Assembly: GCA_021785405.1 (NCBI GenBank) | Contig: JAJYFF010000005.1 | Location: 23,738 to 87,737, forward strand | DNA length: 64,000 nucleotides | Direction of reading: 5' to 3' | Origin: Pseudomonadota bacterium | GTDB lineage: Bacteria; Pseudomonadota; Gammaproteobacteria; Steroidobacterales; Steroidobacteraceae | In this document: positions 49,411 to 58,808 of the stretch, one piece after another | Layout: each line of letters begins with the position of its first letter | How positions within the stretch are numbered: position 1 is the stretch's first letter | Notes under the pieces: model-generated | The model's database searches: none | The model's input: only the letters and a program-made list of their open reading frames with translations | Told to the model about the DNA's origin: nothing | Program-made: the position numbers and the translations under genes

Positions 49411-50664
49411 TCAGCGCGCCGCCGCGGGGCCGGGGCTGGCGCCAACGCGGGCGCCGGGGCAGGACGTGGCGCCGCCACTCGAGCGTCTGGTGAGAACCTG
49501 ATTGCGCTTGATCGACTGCTCCGGCGTCAACCACAGGCGGCCGCTCGCGGCGCAGCGCTCGCCGTAGTCGAACAGGCTGCGCATGAACTTCGGGCTGAAG
49601 TCGACGATGTTCACGACCGGGAAGTCCGCCGGAATGTCGGTCAGGCGAAAGCGCATGCCGAGGCTGCGCGTGAGATTGATCGTGCCGAGGATCGCCTCGC
49701 GGGTCTTGTAGGTCATGCTCGCGGAGAAGCTGCGCGTCAGCATCTCGAGGGTGCTCACCGGCGTGGTGCTCGGAATCCGCGCGATCTGGCTGTTCACGAT
49801 CATGTAGACCTCGCCGCCGCGCAGGGCCGGCAATTCCTGCGGCCGCAGCCCCGCGACCAAGGGCAGCGCGAACACCGGCGTCGTCACGCTGCCGTCGACG
49901 TGCATCTCCTCGTAGGCACGCCGGCCCTCGTGCACCCGGATCAAGACCGGCGGGAACACGCCCGGGACGCTGGCCGACGCGACCAGTACGTTGCGAAACA
50001 AGGCGCGCGCGGCTTCGCCGCCCTGCTCGGCGATCGCGCCCATGTCCCACAGAACCGTCTCCTCGCTGTCGAGATCGGTCGTCGCGATGATCAACCGGCG
50101 CCCCCGTTCGCTCGCGTGCGCGACCGCGGTGATCAGCGCCGGCGTCACGTAGTGATCCACCATGTCGAACAAGGCATCCCGGTGCCGTTGGCCGAGCGGG
50201 AACACCAGGCGACTCACGACGCGCCACCAGGCGGGGTGACTGAGCAGTCGGCGGTGATCGGCCGTGAACGCGGCCTCGAGCTCCGGGTCCCAGCGTGACC
50301 CGAGGAACGCGAACGGTGCGATCAGCGCACCCGCACTCACGCCGGTCACGAGTTCGAACCGCGGGCGGTCGTGGGCCTCGGTCATGCCGACGAGCGCGCC
50401 GGCGCCGAACGCGCCTTCCGACCCGCCCCCGGAGAGTGCGAGCACGTCGACCGGTCCGCCACCCGCCGCCCGGCGGATCCCGGCGAAGAATGGCGGCGCC
50501 CACCGGGCGAAGCCGCGCAGATCCGTGGTCACGAGGCGCACGGTCGGCGGAAAGCCCGGGGGTGCCGCCTCGTTGATCACCGTCGGTGGCGCCGGACGGC
50601 GCAGCGGTGTCGCGCAGCCGGCGAGCGCGCCGAGGCAGATCATGCTGAATACGCCGATTCGCAC
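49411..50664 (-). CDS. patatin-like phospholipase, lipoprotein
   Basis: Lipobox ...LGALAGC, oxyanion motif LSGGGSEGAFGAG, and nucleophile motif GVSAG. Confidence 0.8.
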   Translation of the reverse strand: MRIGVFSMICLGALAGCATPLRRPAPPTVINEAAPPGFPPTVRLVTTDLRGFARWAPPFFAGIRRAAGGGPVDVLALSGGGSEGAFGAGALVGMTEAHDRPRFELVTGVSAGALIAPFAFLGSRWDPELEAAFTADHRRLLSHPAWWRVVSRLVFPLGQRHRDALFDMVDHYVTPALITAVAHASERGRRLIIATTDLDSEETVLWDMGAIAEQGGEAARALFRNVLVASASVPGVFPPVLIRVHEGRRAYEEMHVDGSVTTPVFALPLVAGLRPQELPALRGGEVYMIVNSQIARIPSTTPVSTLEMLTRSFSASMTYKTREAILGTINLTRSLGMRFRLTDIPADFPVVNIVDFSPKFMRSLFDYGERCAASGRLWLTPEQSIKRNQVLTRRSSGGATSCPGARVGASPGPAAAR

Positions 50665-50835
50665 TGCGACCTCCGGACCCAGACGGCCGCACGCGGCGCG
50701 CCGGATCGTGGCGCGGACGCTGCGGGTGCGCAGAGCGTAGCCGGTTTCGTCGATCCGCTCACGCCGATTCGCCGGCCGCGCGGCTCGCCGGCTAGACTAT
50801 GCCGGTTCGGTCGGATTCGCTGACGGGAGATCGAG

Positions 50836-51222
50836 ATGGCGGGACTCGCGTGGATCGCGGTGGGCGCCGGCGCGGCGCTCGGAGCTTGGTTGCGCTGGGG
50901 CCTCGCGTCGCTGTTGAACACCGGCACGATCGCGGTGCCGCTCGGGACGCTCGCGGCGAATTGGATCGGTGCGTACGTGATCGGCGTCGCGCTCGCGTTC
51001 TTCGCGCAAGCGGCCGCGTTACCCGCCGAATGGCGCTTGTTCGTGATCACGGGTTTCTGCGGCGGTCTGACCACGTTCTCGACGTTCTCCGCCGAGAGCG
51101 TGTCGCTGCTGCAGCAGGGGCGATACGCGGCGCTCGCCGCCGAGATCGCCCTGCACGTCGGTGGCTCGTTGACCTTCACGGTGTTGGGGATGGCCTCGTG
51201 GCGCGCCTTCGCGGCGCGCTGA
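50836..51222 (+). CDS. crcB: fluoride channel CrcB/Fluc
   Basis: 128 aa, 4 TM, with ...[12 protein letters not shown]... as the CrcB signature. Confidence 0.88.
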   Translation: MAGLAWIAVGAGAALGAWLRWGLASLLNTGTIAVPLGTLAANWIGAYVIGVALAFFAQAAALPAEWRLFVITGFCGGLTTFSTFSAESVSLLQQGRYAALAAEIALHVGGSLTFTVLGMASWRAFAAR

Positions 51223-51257
51223 GGCGGATCGGGCACGTCGACCGAGGAGTAGCCGCG

Positions 51258-51575
51258 ATGCGAGGATACCAAATCACCTTCTTCACCCAGCAGGACCGGC
51301 GCCACGACGGCAAGCCGCTTGGCGAGTGGTTGATGCAGCTCGCAAAGCGTCTCGAGTTGCAAGGGGCGACGATGATGCCGGCGGCCGAGGGCTTCGGCGC
51401 ATCCGGCCGCGTGCACTCGGTCCGTTTCTTCGAGCTCGGCGATCAGCCGATCGAGGTCCTGATGACCGTGACCGAGGCACAGGCGGATCGGCTCTTCGAG
51501 CATTTGCGGAGCGCCGGCGTCCATCTTTTCTACGTGAAGATCGCGGTCGAGTACGGAACCCTCGGCGCCGAATGA
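51258..51575 (+). CDS. DUF190-domain (P-II-like) protein commonly paired with crcB
   Basis: MRGYQITFFTQQDRRHDGKPLGEWLMQLAKRLELQGATMMPAAEGFG... ATG at 51258, preceded by GAGGAG. Confidence 0.8.
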   Translation: MRGYQITFFTQQDRRHDGKPLGEWLMQLAKRLELQGATMMPAAEGFGASGRVHSVRFFELGDQPIEVLMTVTEAQADRLFEHLRSAGVHLFYVKIAVEYGTLGAE

Positions 51576-51684
51576 CCGCGCCGGCCGCGGCGCGGCGCGC
51601 GGCCCGTTCGGGGCGCGATGCGCCGAACTCCGCGGGCCGCGCGCGATCGAACCGTTGAGAAAATCACGCGGGTCACTGCGAAAC

Positions 51685-54354
51685 ATGACGATGGCTTCAC
51701 GTCTCTCGTTCTTCCTGGCCGCCTCGATCGCCTGCGGCGCGGCCGCGCACGCGTCGCGGGCACGCTTCGACCTGGCCGGTCCCACGCTCGAGGCGACGGT
51801 GACGCACGATCACCAGACGCTCGGGATCGCGCAGGTGCCGAACCTCGCGGTCGGCGACCGGATCAAGATCAAGGCCGATCTGCCGCGCGATCAGTCCGTG
51901 CACTACCTGCTGATCGTCGCGTTCCTGAGCGGGTCGACGAACCCGCCGCCGCGGCGCTGGTTCACGGTCTGCGATACCTGGAAGCGCCGCTGCGCGCACC
52001 GCGGGATCGACGTCGCGGTGCCGCACGGGGCGCAACAGGTCCTGGTGTTCCTCGCGCCCCAGACCGGCGGCGACTTCAAGACGCTGGTCGGCGCGGTGCG
52101 CGGACGCCCCGGGGCGTTCGTGCGCACCGCGCAAGACCTGAACCAGGCGATGCTCGACCGCTCGCGCCTCGACGTGTACCTGGCCGCGGTACGCCGATTG
52201 AACGACGCCGATCCCAGCCAGTTGCGCAAGACCGCACCGTTGCTCGCGCGCAGTCTGGCGATCGTCGTCGATCCGAAGTGCCTGCAATTGATGCCGGATC
52301 TGCAGGCACCCTGCCTGCTGGCGCGGCGCGAGTCGATGATCCTCGAGGACGGGCACAGCACCTCGATCGTCGAGGCCTTGACGTCGGGGCCGGAGAGCGA
52401 CCTGGCGATGCAGGCGAGCTACACGCCGTCGCTGCGCTTCGGCTATTACAGCCCCTACGTCGCCTCGGTGCTCGACATCGCGCGCATCTTCGACTCCTTC
52501 CGCACGGCGCAGTACGACTACATCCCGGCCCTCGCGACGCTGCAGGGCGACCGGATGGAGCTGTCGCTGAACCGGCCACCGACGTTCACCGAGCCGAAGT
52601 CGGTGCTCGTCACCGCGCTGCCGGCGGTCGAGCCGGCGCAGCTCCCGCCCTTGCACGCGGTCGATCCGAAGGGAATCTACTGCGCCCGCAAGCACTCGCT
52701 CGTGCTGCCGGTCGAGGGCGCGCCGCTGGTCTTTTCGACCGCCTATGCGCGCGCGATGACCTTGCGGCTCGAAGGCCCGGGCGGCAAGCACATCGAGCTC
52801 CCGGCGCACGCCGACGCGGTGAAAGGGGGATTCGTGGTCGACACCGCCGCGATCGGCACGGCCGCGTCCGGCGGTCTCGGCGACCAGATCAAGGGCGTAC
52901 TGCACGGTCACTGGGGATTCAGCGCGTACGAGGGACCCTCGTTCCAGCTGATCAACGACCAGCGTTACGACTGGCGGCTCGCCGACGGCGAAGCGAACGC
53001 GCTGATCGTCGGCCGCGAGGATACGATCCACCTGCGGGCATCGAGCGTGAGCTGCATCGACACGGTGATGCTCCGCGATCCGGACGGCAAGGAATTGAAG
53101 GTCGACTGGAAGGCCAAGAAGCCGGACGAGGTCGAGCTCAAATTACCGCTGCAGAAGGCGAAGCCGGGCACGCTGACGCTGTTGGTCCGTGAATACGGTG
53201 CGAAGGCGCCGCGATCGGTGCCGCTGCAGGCGTTCGCGGCGGCCGGTCGGCTCGATGGCTTCACGTATCACGCGGGCGATGCGGTCGGGACCTTGCGCGG
53301 CAGCCGGCTCGACGAGGTCTCCGGACTGGAACTCGCGGGCGTGCGATTCGTGCCGCAGACGCTGTCGACGGGCCCGCACGGCGACGACTTGACGATGACG
53401 GTGACGAATGCGGGTGCCGCGGGCGCGGTGCAGCCCGAGCGCAAGGTCCTCGCGACGGTGCAGCTGAAGGACGGCCGCGCACTCACCGTGTCGAGCGCGG
53501 TGCTGGCTCCGCGGCCGCATGCGCTGCTGATCGCGCGGAGCGTGCACGCGTCGAAGGCGGATCGGGAGAGCCGGATCCGGCTGGACGGCGACGCGCAGGT
53601 CCCCCAGGACGCGCGGTTGGTGTTCTCGATCCGCGCGGTCGCGCCGGTCCGCTTCGATCGGCACACCACCGTCGACGTCGCGACCGTCGACGGCAGCGAG
53701 GCGACCACGCTGACGCTCGACAACGGGGGGCTGACGCTCGAGAACGCCCACGTCGCGATCGCGGAATTTCGCGCGTCGAAAGCCTTTGGCCGCGCGGCGT
53801 TCGGCCCCGTGCAGTTCCGGATCGCCGTCGACGGCGTCGCCGGCGCGTGGCAGCCGCTCGCGACCGTGGTGCGCTTGCCCACGTTGCGGGACCTGCAATG
53901 TCCCCGCACGCGCAAGATCGCCTGCAAACTGAGTGGATCGCGGTTGTTCTTGATCGACTCGATCGCGGCGGATCGCGAGTTCCGCGACGCCGTCACGGTG
54001 CCGGACGGATTTCCGGGCGAGGCCCTGCCGGTTCCGCACACGCGCGGTGGTTCGCTCTACGTGAAATTGCGCGATGACCCGAGCGCGGTCGACCGGCTCA
54101 CGCTGGTCGAGCAGCGCTTGCCCGCGCGACACCGCGCGATGAGCCACCCGGCCATCCCGCCGCAACCAGCCGCACCGCAGCCAGCTGCACCGCAGCCGGC
54201 CGCATCGACGCCGTCCGCGCCCGCACCGGCGGCGGCCGCGGCCTCCACGTCGGCGCCCGCCTCGGCGGCGCCCGCCTCGCCGGCGCCTGCCCCGGCGGCG
54301 ACTGGTGCCGCGGCACCCGCGTCCGCGGCCCTGCCCGTGTCGCACGGCCCGTGA
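51685..54354 (+). CDS. large secreted protein of unknown function with a C-terminal Pro/Ala/Ser/Thr-rich low-complexity tail
   Basis: Signal peptide MTMASRLSFFLAASIACGAAAHA|S, then ~800 aa of beta-rich sequence in which I recognise no motif. The last ~75 aa are ...PAIPPQPAAPQPAAPQPAASTPSAPAPAAAAASTSAPASAAPASPAPAPAATGAAAPASAALPVSHGP. Its TGA stop overlaps the GTG start of the next gene. Confidence 0.7.
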   Translation: MTMASRLSFFLAASIACGAAAHASRARFDLAGPTLEATVTHDHQTLGIAQVPNLAVGDRIKIKADLPRDQSVHYLLIVAFLSGSTNPPPRRWFTVCDTWKRRCAHRGIDVAVPHGAQQVLVFLAPQTGGDFKTLVGAVRGRPGAFVRTAQDLNQAMLDRSRLDVYLAAVRRLNDADPSQLRKTAPLLARSLAIVVDPKCLQLMPDLQAPCLLARRESMILEDGHSTSIVEALTSGPESDLAMQASYTPSLRFGYYSPYVASVLDIARIFDSFRTAQYDYIPALATLQGDRMELSLNRPPTFTEPKSVLVTALPAVEPAQLPPLHAVDPKGIYCARKHSLVLPVEGAPLVFSTAYARAMTLRLEGPGGKHIELPAHADAVKGGFVVDTAAIGTAASGGLGDQIKGVLHGHWGFSAYEGPSFQLINDQRYDWRLADGEANALIVGREDTIHLRASSVSCIDTVMLRDPDGKELKVDWKAKKPDEVELKLPLQKAKPGTLTLLVREYGAKAPRSVPLQAFAAAGRLDGFTYHAGDAVGTLRGSRLDEVSGLELAGVRFVPQTLSTGPHGDDLTMTVTNAGAAGAVQPERKVLATVQLKDGRALTVSSAVLAPRPHALLIARSVHASKADRESRIRLDGDAQVPQDARLVFSIRAVAPVRFDRHTTVDVATVDGSEATTLTLDNGGLTLENAHVAIAEFRASKAFGRAAFGPVQFRIAVDGVAGAWQPLATVVRLPTLRDLQCPRTRKIACKLSGSRLFLIDSIAADREFRDAVTVPDGFPGEALPVPHTRGGSLYVKLRDDPSAVDRLTLVEQRLPARHRAMSHPAIPPQPAAPQPAAPQPAASTPSAPAPAAAAASTSAPASAAPASPAPAPAATGAAAPASAALPVSHGP
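54160..54204 (+). repeat. in-frame 15-nt tandem repeat x3 encoding (PQPAA)3
   Basis: ccgcaaccagccgca / ccgcagccagctgca / ccgcagccggccgca, read directly and codon-aligned with the 51685 ORF. Confidence 0.8.
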
Positions 54355-55910
54355 GCCCCGCGCCGCAAAGCGTGACGCCGGAGTCCGAGCGCGGCGTGAT
54401 CACGACCGCGCTGGCGATCGGGCTCGTGCTCTACGTGACGGTGCTGCGCCTGATTTTTGGCGCGCACGTCGAGTTGATGCCCGAGGAGACCTATTACTGG
54501 AACTACTCGCGCCACCTCGCCATCGGCTATCTCGATCATCCGCCGATGGTCGCCTGGTTGATTCGCGCCGGTACCGCGATCCTCGGCCACACGGCGCTCG
54601 GCGTGCGGATCGGCGCGGTGCTCTGCGGGCTGGTCACGTCGGTGTTCGTTTACCGCTTGACCCGCAACCTCTACGGCCGCTCGAGCGCCGCACTCGCACT
54701 CGGGCTCGCGCAGGTGCTGCCCTTCTTCTTCCTGCAGGGCCTGTTGATGACCCCGGATACGCCGCTGACCGCGGCCTGGGCGGGGTCGCTGTATTTCCTG
54801 GAACGCGCGGCGGTCGGCGGGCACGCCCGCGCTTGGCTGTGGGCCGGGCTGTGCCTCGGGCTCGGGCTGCTCTCGAAGTACACGATCGGGCTGCTGGGGC
54901 TCGGCGCGCTCGTGTACCTCGTCGTCGACCCGCGGGCACGCCCGTGGCTGCGCCGATTCGAGCCGTACGCGGCGGCGGTGCTCGCGTTCGCGATCTTCTC
55001 GCCGGTGCTCGTCTGGAACGCCGAGCATCACTGGGCGTCGTTCGCGTTTCAGACGGCCCGTCGACTCGCCGGTCGTCCGCGATTCGCGTTGCCCGCACTG
55101 ATCGGCGCCGCGATCGTGTTGATCACCCCGACCGGCTTCGCCGCCGCGGTCCGGGCGGTCGCGTCGCGCCGGTTCGTCGCGTCCGGGGATGCCGATCGTC
55201 GTGCGGCACAGCGCTTCCTGCGCATCGCGCTGCTCGTGCCGATGGCGGTGTTCGTGCTGTTCAGTCTCCGGCGCCAGGTGAAGCTCGATTGGACCGGCGC
55301 GGCCTGGCTCGCGGCGCTGCCGCTGATCGCGCGCGAACTCGTCGAGGCCGGCGGCCGGAGCGCGTCCGTGGTGCGCCGCTGCTGGCGCGCCTCGATGCTA
55401 CCGACGATCGGCGTGCTCTGCATCGCGTACCCGGTGGGCCTGTACCACCTTGCGCGCGGGCTGCCCGGTCTGGGATACGATCGACACATCGAGCTGCTGC
55501 CCGTCGGTTGGCGGCAGCTCGGACGCCGCATCGACGCGGTGGTCGAACGCTATCGCCGCGAGCACGGCACCGAGCCGCTGGTGGTCGGGATGGATCGCTA
55601 CGTGATCGCGAGCGAACTCGCGTTCTACGGCTCGGCGCGGCCGGACCCGGTCGCCGACACGACGAGCGGCCACCTGTTCGGCGGCATGGGCTTGATGTAC
55701 GAGCGCTGGTTCCCGGTGGACCGGCAGCGCGACCGGACCTTGTTGTTGGTGTCCCTGGATCGGTCGAGCCTCGAGGCGGCGTCGGTCGCCGACTCCGCCG
55801 CTTCGCTCGGCCCGATCCGCGCAGGCTCGCTCACGCGGGATGGGCACTTCATCCGCGAGTACTACTACCGGTTCGCGTACGATTACCGCGGACCGCCCGC
55901 GGCGCACTAA
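54351..55910 (+). CDS. GT-C-fold glycosyltransferase, family 39/83-like (PMT_2 / ArnT-type), polyprenyl-phosphate-sugar dependent
   Basis: 519 aa with ~11 TM segments. The first periplasmic loop carries the acidic motif ...MPEETYYWNYSRHLAIGYLDHPPMVAW... There is a C-terminal soluble domain. The GTG at 54351 overlaps the upstream stop (GTGA). Confidence 0.8.
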   Translation: MSPAPQSVTPESERGVITTALAIGLVLYVTVLRLIFGAHVELMPEETYYWNYSRHLAIGYLDHPPMVAWLIRAGTAILGHTALGVRIGAVLCGLVTSVFVYRLTRNLYGRSSAALALGLAQVLPFFFLQGLLMTPDTPLTAAWAGSLYFLERAAVGGHARAWLWAGLCLGLGLLSKYTIGLLGLGALVYLVVDPRARPWLRRFEPYAAAVLAFAIFSPVLVWNAEHHWASFAFQTARRLAGRPRFALPALIGAAIVLITPTGFAAAVRAVASRRFVASGDADRRAAQRFLRIALLVPMAVFVLFSLRRQVKLDWTGAAWLAALPLIARELVEAGGRSASVVRRCWRASMLPTIGVLCIAYPVGLYHLARGLPGLGYDRHIELLPVGWRQLGRRIDAVVERYRREHGTEPLVVGMDRYVIASELAFYGSARPDPVADTTSGHLFGGMGLMYERWFPVDRQRDRTLLLVSLDRSSLEAASVADSAASLGPIRAGSLTRDGHFIREYYYRFAYDYRGPPAAH

Positions 55911-57055
55911 GTGCCCGATCGTCCCCAGGTGAAGAACTTCGTGACGGCGTAGTTCCACATCGAGCCGACCAGGATTCCGCCGAGCGCGCCGATGACCCAG
56001 GTCCCGTAGGCCTTGAAGATGAACGAAGCGACCGCGACGTTCATCACGCCGCCGACGCTGCAGGCGAGCACGAACAACAACCAACCCCGCAGCCATCGCC
56101 AGCCCCGCAGCCGCGCGTCACGGTAGGTCAGCAGGTTGTTCAGCGCGAAATTGAAGGTCATCGCGCACAGCGCGGCGATCGCCTGGGCCACCGCGAACCG
56201 CGCGTGCGCGATCTGCAGCAACGGCGTCAGTACCGCGAAATGCACCGCGATGCCGAACACGCCGACGATCGAAAACGCGACGAAACGGACCGGGACGACG
56301 TGCCCGACCATCTTGTCGAGCAACAACATCGCGTAGTCCCACGCGGTCACCGAATCCAGCTTGCTCTGTCCCGCGGTGCGCGGTCGGAACTCGTAAGGCA
56401 ACTCCTTGAATCGCAGCGGACCGGGGTGCGACGCGAACAAGTCGGCGAGCAGCTTGAATCCGATCGCGGACAAGCGCTCGCGGCTTCGTTCGAACACCCC
56501 GCGGTGCATCATGAAGAATCCGCTCATCGGGTCCTGGAGATCCTCGGGAACGAGGACCCGGCTGAGCCGCACGCCGACGCGGCTGAGGCGCGCGCGGCTG
56601 CGATCCCAGTCGCCGATCCCGCCGCCGGCCACATAGCGACTGCCGACGACGATTTCCGCGCTGCCGCCGCGCAAGGTCGCGAGCATCGACGGCAGCAAGC
56701 GCTCGTCGTGCTGCAGATCGGCGTCGATCACCGCGAGATACGGCGCGGCGCTCGCGAGCATCCCTTCGACGCACGCCGAGGACAGTCCCCGACGGCCGAA
56801 TCGCTGGATCACGCGGATCCGGCGATCCTCCAACGCGAGCGCACGGACGCGTTCGGCGGTTCCGTCCGGGGACGCGTCGTCGACGAAGATGACCTCCCAG
56901 TCGATGTCGCCCAGGACCGAGCGCAATCGACCGACCAGTGCGACGACGTTCTCGCACTCGTTGTAGGTCGGCACGACGACCGTGAGCTCCGCACCGCGCA
57001 GCCGCGGATCCGCGCTCGCGAGTTCGGTGTCGTCGACGGAAGACTCCCTGCGCAC
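55907..57055 (-). CDS. GT2 polyprenyl-phosphate glycosyltransferase (Ppm1/DPM1/ArnC/GtrB-like) fused to a C-terminal GtrA-like 4-TM domain
   Basis: ...LTVVVPTYNECENV...VIFVDDASPDGT...VIDADLQHD..., then the hydrophobic C-terminus ...FNFALNNLLTYRD...NYAVTKFFTWG. GTG start is the complement of 57053-57055, with a GAGGAG RBS overlapping the betC stop. Confidence 0.8.
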   Translation of the reverse strand: MRRESSVDDTELASADPRLRGAELTVVVPTYNECENVVALVGRLRSVLGDIDWEVIFVDDASPDGTAERVRALALEDRRIRVIQRFGRRGLSSACVEGMLASAAPYLAVIDADLQHDERLLPSMLATLRGGSAEIVVGSRYVAGGGIGDWDRSRARLSRVGVRLSRVLVPEDLQDPMSGFFMMHRGVFERSRERLSAIGFKLLADLFASHPGPLRFKELPYEFRPRTAGQSKLDSVTAWDYAMLLLDKMVGHVVPVRFVAFSIVGVFGIAVHFAVLTPLLQIAHARFAVAQAIAALCAMTFNFALNNLLTYRDARLRGWRWLRGWLLFVLACSVGGVMNVAVASFIFKAYGTWVIGALGGILVGSMWNYAVTKFFTWGRSGT

Positions 57056-57066
57056 CGACCGGCTCC

Positions 57067-58596
57067 TCAGCTGCCGACCCTCGGGAACCGGGCCATCGCT
57101 TCCAGATCGTTCAATTCCTGGTCGTTGCGGATGTAGAGTTTCGCGGCGTCGCGCAGCGGCTGATGATCCCAGGGCTGGTACTGACCCTTGCGCAGTGCGG
57201 CGTCGACCAGATGGCGGCGCCGTTGGCTCGCGAGGACCTCCGCGTGCAATTCCGGGAAATTCCACCGCTCCGCGAGTTCGGCGCGGAACGCGCGTACGGC
57301 CGCGGCGTGCGCCGGCTCCGTCGCGAGATTCCGCAGCTCCAGCGGGTCGGCGCCGAGGTCGTACAGTTGGTCGGGGTCGACCGGGGAATGGACGAATTTC
57401 CAGTGACCGCGTCGTATCATCACGAGCGGCGCGATCGCTCCTTCGCCGAGAAACTCGCCGATCACCTCGTCGGGACCCGCACCGGCGCCGGACAGTGCCG
57501 GTAGCAGGCTGCGCCCGCACAGCGGCGTCGCATAGCGCTCGCTCGCGACGCCACCGAGCTCGCACAGCGTCGGCAGGAGGTCGACCAGCGACGCCGACTG
57601 CGCAATGCGCCGTGGCGCGAAGCGGCGTGGCGCGTGCACGATCAGCGGAATGCGGCACGCCGGCTCGAAGAAGCTCATCTTGTACCACAGGCCCCGCTCA
57701 CCGAGCATGTCGCCGTGATCCGCGATCACCAGGACCACCGTGTTGTCGGCGAGGCGCGCGGCCGCGAGGCCGTCGAGCAGCTTGCCGACCTGGTCGTCGA
57801 CGTAGGACACGGCGCCGTAGTACGCGCGCCGCGCCGCGCGAACCTGTTCCTCGGTCACGCTCTGCAGGTCGAGGCCGATCACGTGACGCACGCGGCGAGA
57901 GTGCGGATCGAGCAGCTCCGGCGCGGCGCGCACGCGGGGCATGTCGATCTCGACGCCGTCGTAGCGGTTCCAGTAAGCCTCCGGCACCACGTACGGGTCG
58001 TGCGGGTGGGTCATCGAGACGACCATGCAGAACGGCCGGCGATCCTTGGATCGGGCGATGTCGAAGAGCTTTTGCCGCGCGTTGAACACGACCTCGTCGT
58101 CGAAGTCGATTTGGTTGGTGCGCACGCAGGGACCGGCCTGCGTGACCGAATCCATCGTGTGGTACCAACTCAGGCGCTCGGAGAACCGCGTCCAGTCCGG
58201 GGTCCAGCCGAAATCGGCCGGGTAGATGTCGGTCGTGAGCCGCTCCTCGAAGCCGTGCAGCTGGTCCGGCCCGCAGAAGTGCATCTTCCCGGACAGCACC
58301 GTTTGATATCCCGCATCCCGCAGGTAGTGCGCGAACGTCGGCACCGAGGCCGGCAACTCGGCGGCGTTGTCGAAGGCGCCGATCTTCGACGGCAGCCGTC
58401 CCGCCATCCACGAGAACCGCGACGGTGCGCACAAGGGGCTGTTGCAGTAGAAGGAGTCGAACACGACTCCGCCCGCGGCGAGCGCGTCGATTCGGGGCGT
58501 GCGGCTCGTCGGATTGCCGTAGGCGCGCAGCGCCCCGGCGGTCAATTGATCCGCCATCAGAATCAAGAGGTTCGGTCGCGCGTTCAAAGGCGTCAC
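57067..58596 (-). CDS. betC: choline-sulfatase
   Basis: ...RPNLLILMADQL...SPLCAPSR (formylglycine motif)...LSGKMHFCGPDQLHGFEERLTTDIYPADFGWTPDW...YQPWDHQPL... is nearly collinear with S. meliloti BetC as I recall it. The start (GTG 58596 or the TTG 9 nt downstream) is uncertain. Confidence 0.85.
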   Translation of the reverse strand: MTPLNARPNLLILMADQLTAGALRAYGNPTSRTPRIDALAAGGVVFDSFYCNSPLCAPSRFSWMAGRLPSKIGAFDNAAELPASVPTFAHYLRDAGYQTVLSGKMHFCGPDQLHGFEERLTTDIYPADFGWTPDWTRFSERLSWYHTMDSVTQAGPCVRTNQIDFDDEVVFNARQKLFDIARSKDRRPFCMVVSMTHPHDPYVVPEAYWNRYDGVEIDMPRVRAAPELLDPHSRRVRHVIGLDLQSVTEEQVRAARRAYYGAVSYVDDQVGKLLDGLAAARLADNTVVLVIADHGDMLGERGLWYKMSFFEPACRIPLIVHAPRRFAPRRIAQSASLVDLLPTLCELGGVASERYATPLCGRSLLPALSGAGAGPDEVIGEFLGEGAIAPLVMIRRGHWKFVHSPVDPDQLYDLGADPLELRNLATEPAHAAAVRAFRAELAERWNFPELHAEVLASQRRRHLVDAALRKGQYQPWDHQPLRDAAKLYIRNDQELNDLEAMARFPRVGS

Positions 58597-58808
58597 TCCA
58601 CAGCGGGGGTCGGGGGCGCTCGCGGGCGGGCGACCCGCGATAGGTCTTAACCGCTTATGATTACATGCCCTTACCGCCGTAGCCAACGCCGTCGATTCCC
58701 TCCGCCTTGTCGGAATGCGACAATAGGCCGGCGCGACGGCCTTCCGCGGGCAGGGGCTGTCGCATCTGGATCCGAGACCGTCGCGATGAGTTAAGTGTCT
58801 CCTGCGGG

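Noticed and set aside
50665-50835. Fluoride riboswitch (crcB motif) upstream of crcB
   Set aside because: The expected GGnGAUGG...UCnCC...CUGAUGAUGCCUAC-type core is not present in the 171-nt leader. crcB here seems to lack the riboswitch. A cmsearch with RF01734 would settle it.
54305-57136. 943-aa plus-strand ORF
   Set aside because: It is out of frame with the GT-C transferase and antisense to the GT2-GtrA gene. The alternative frames give clean TM and GT2 motifs.
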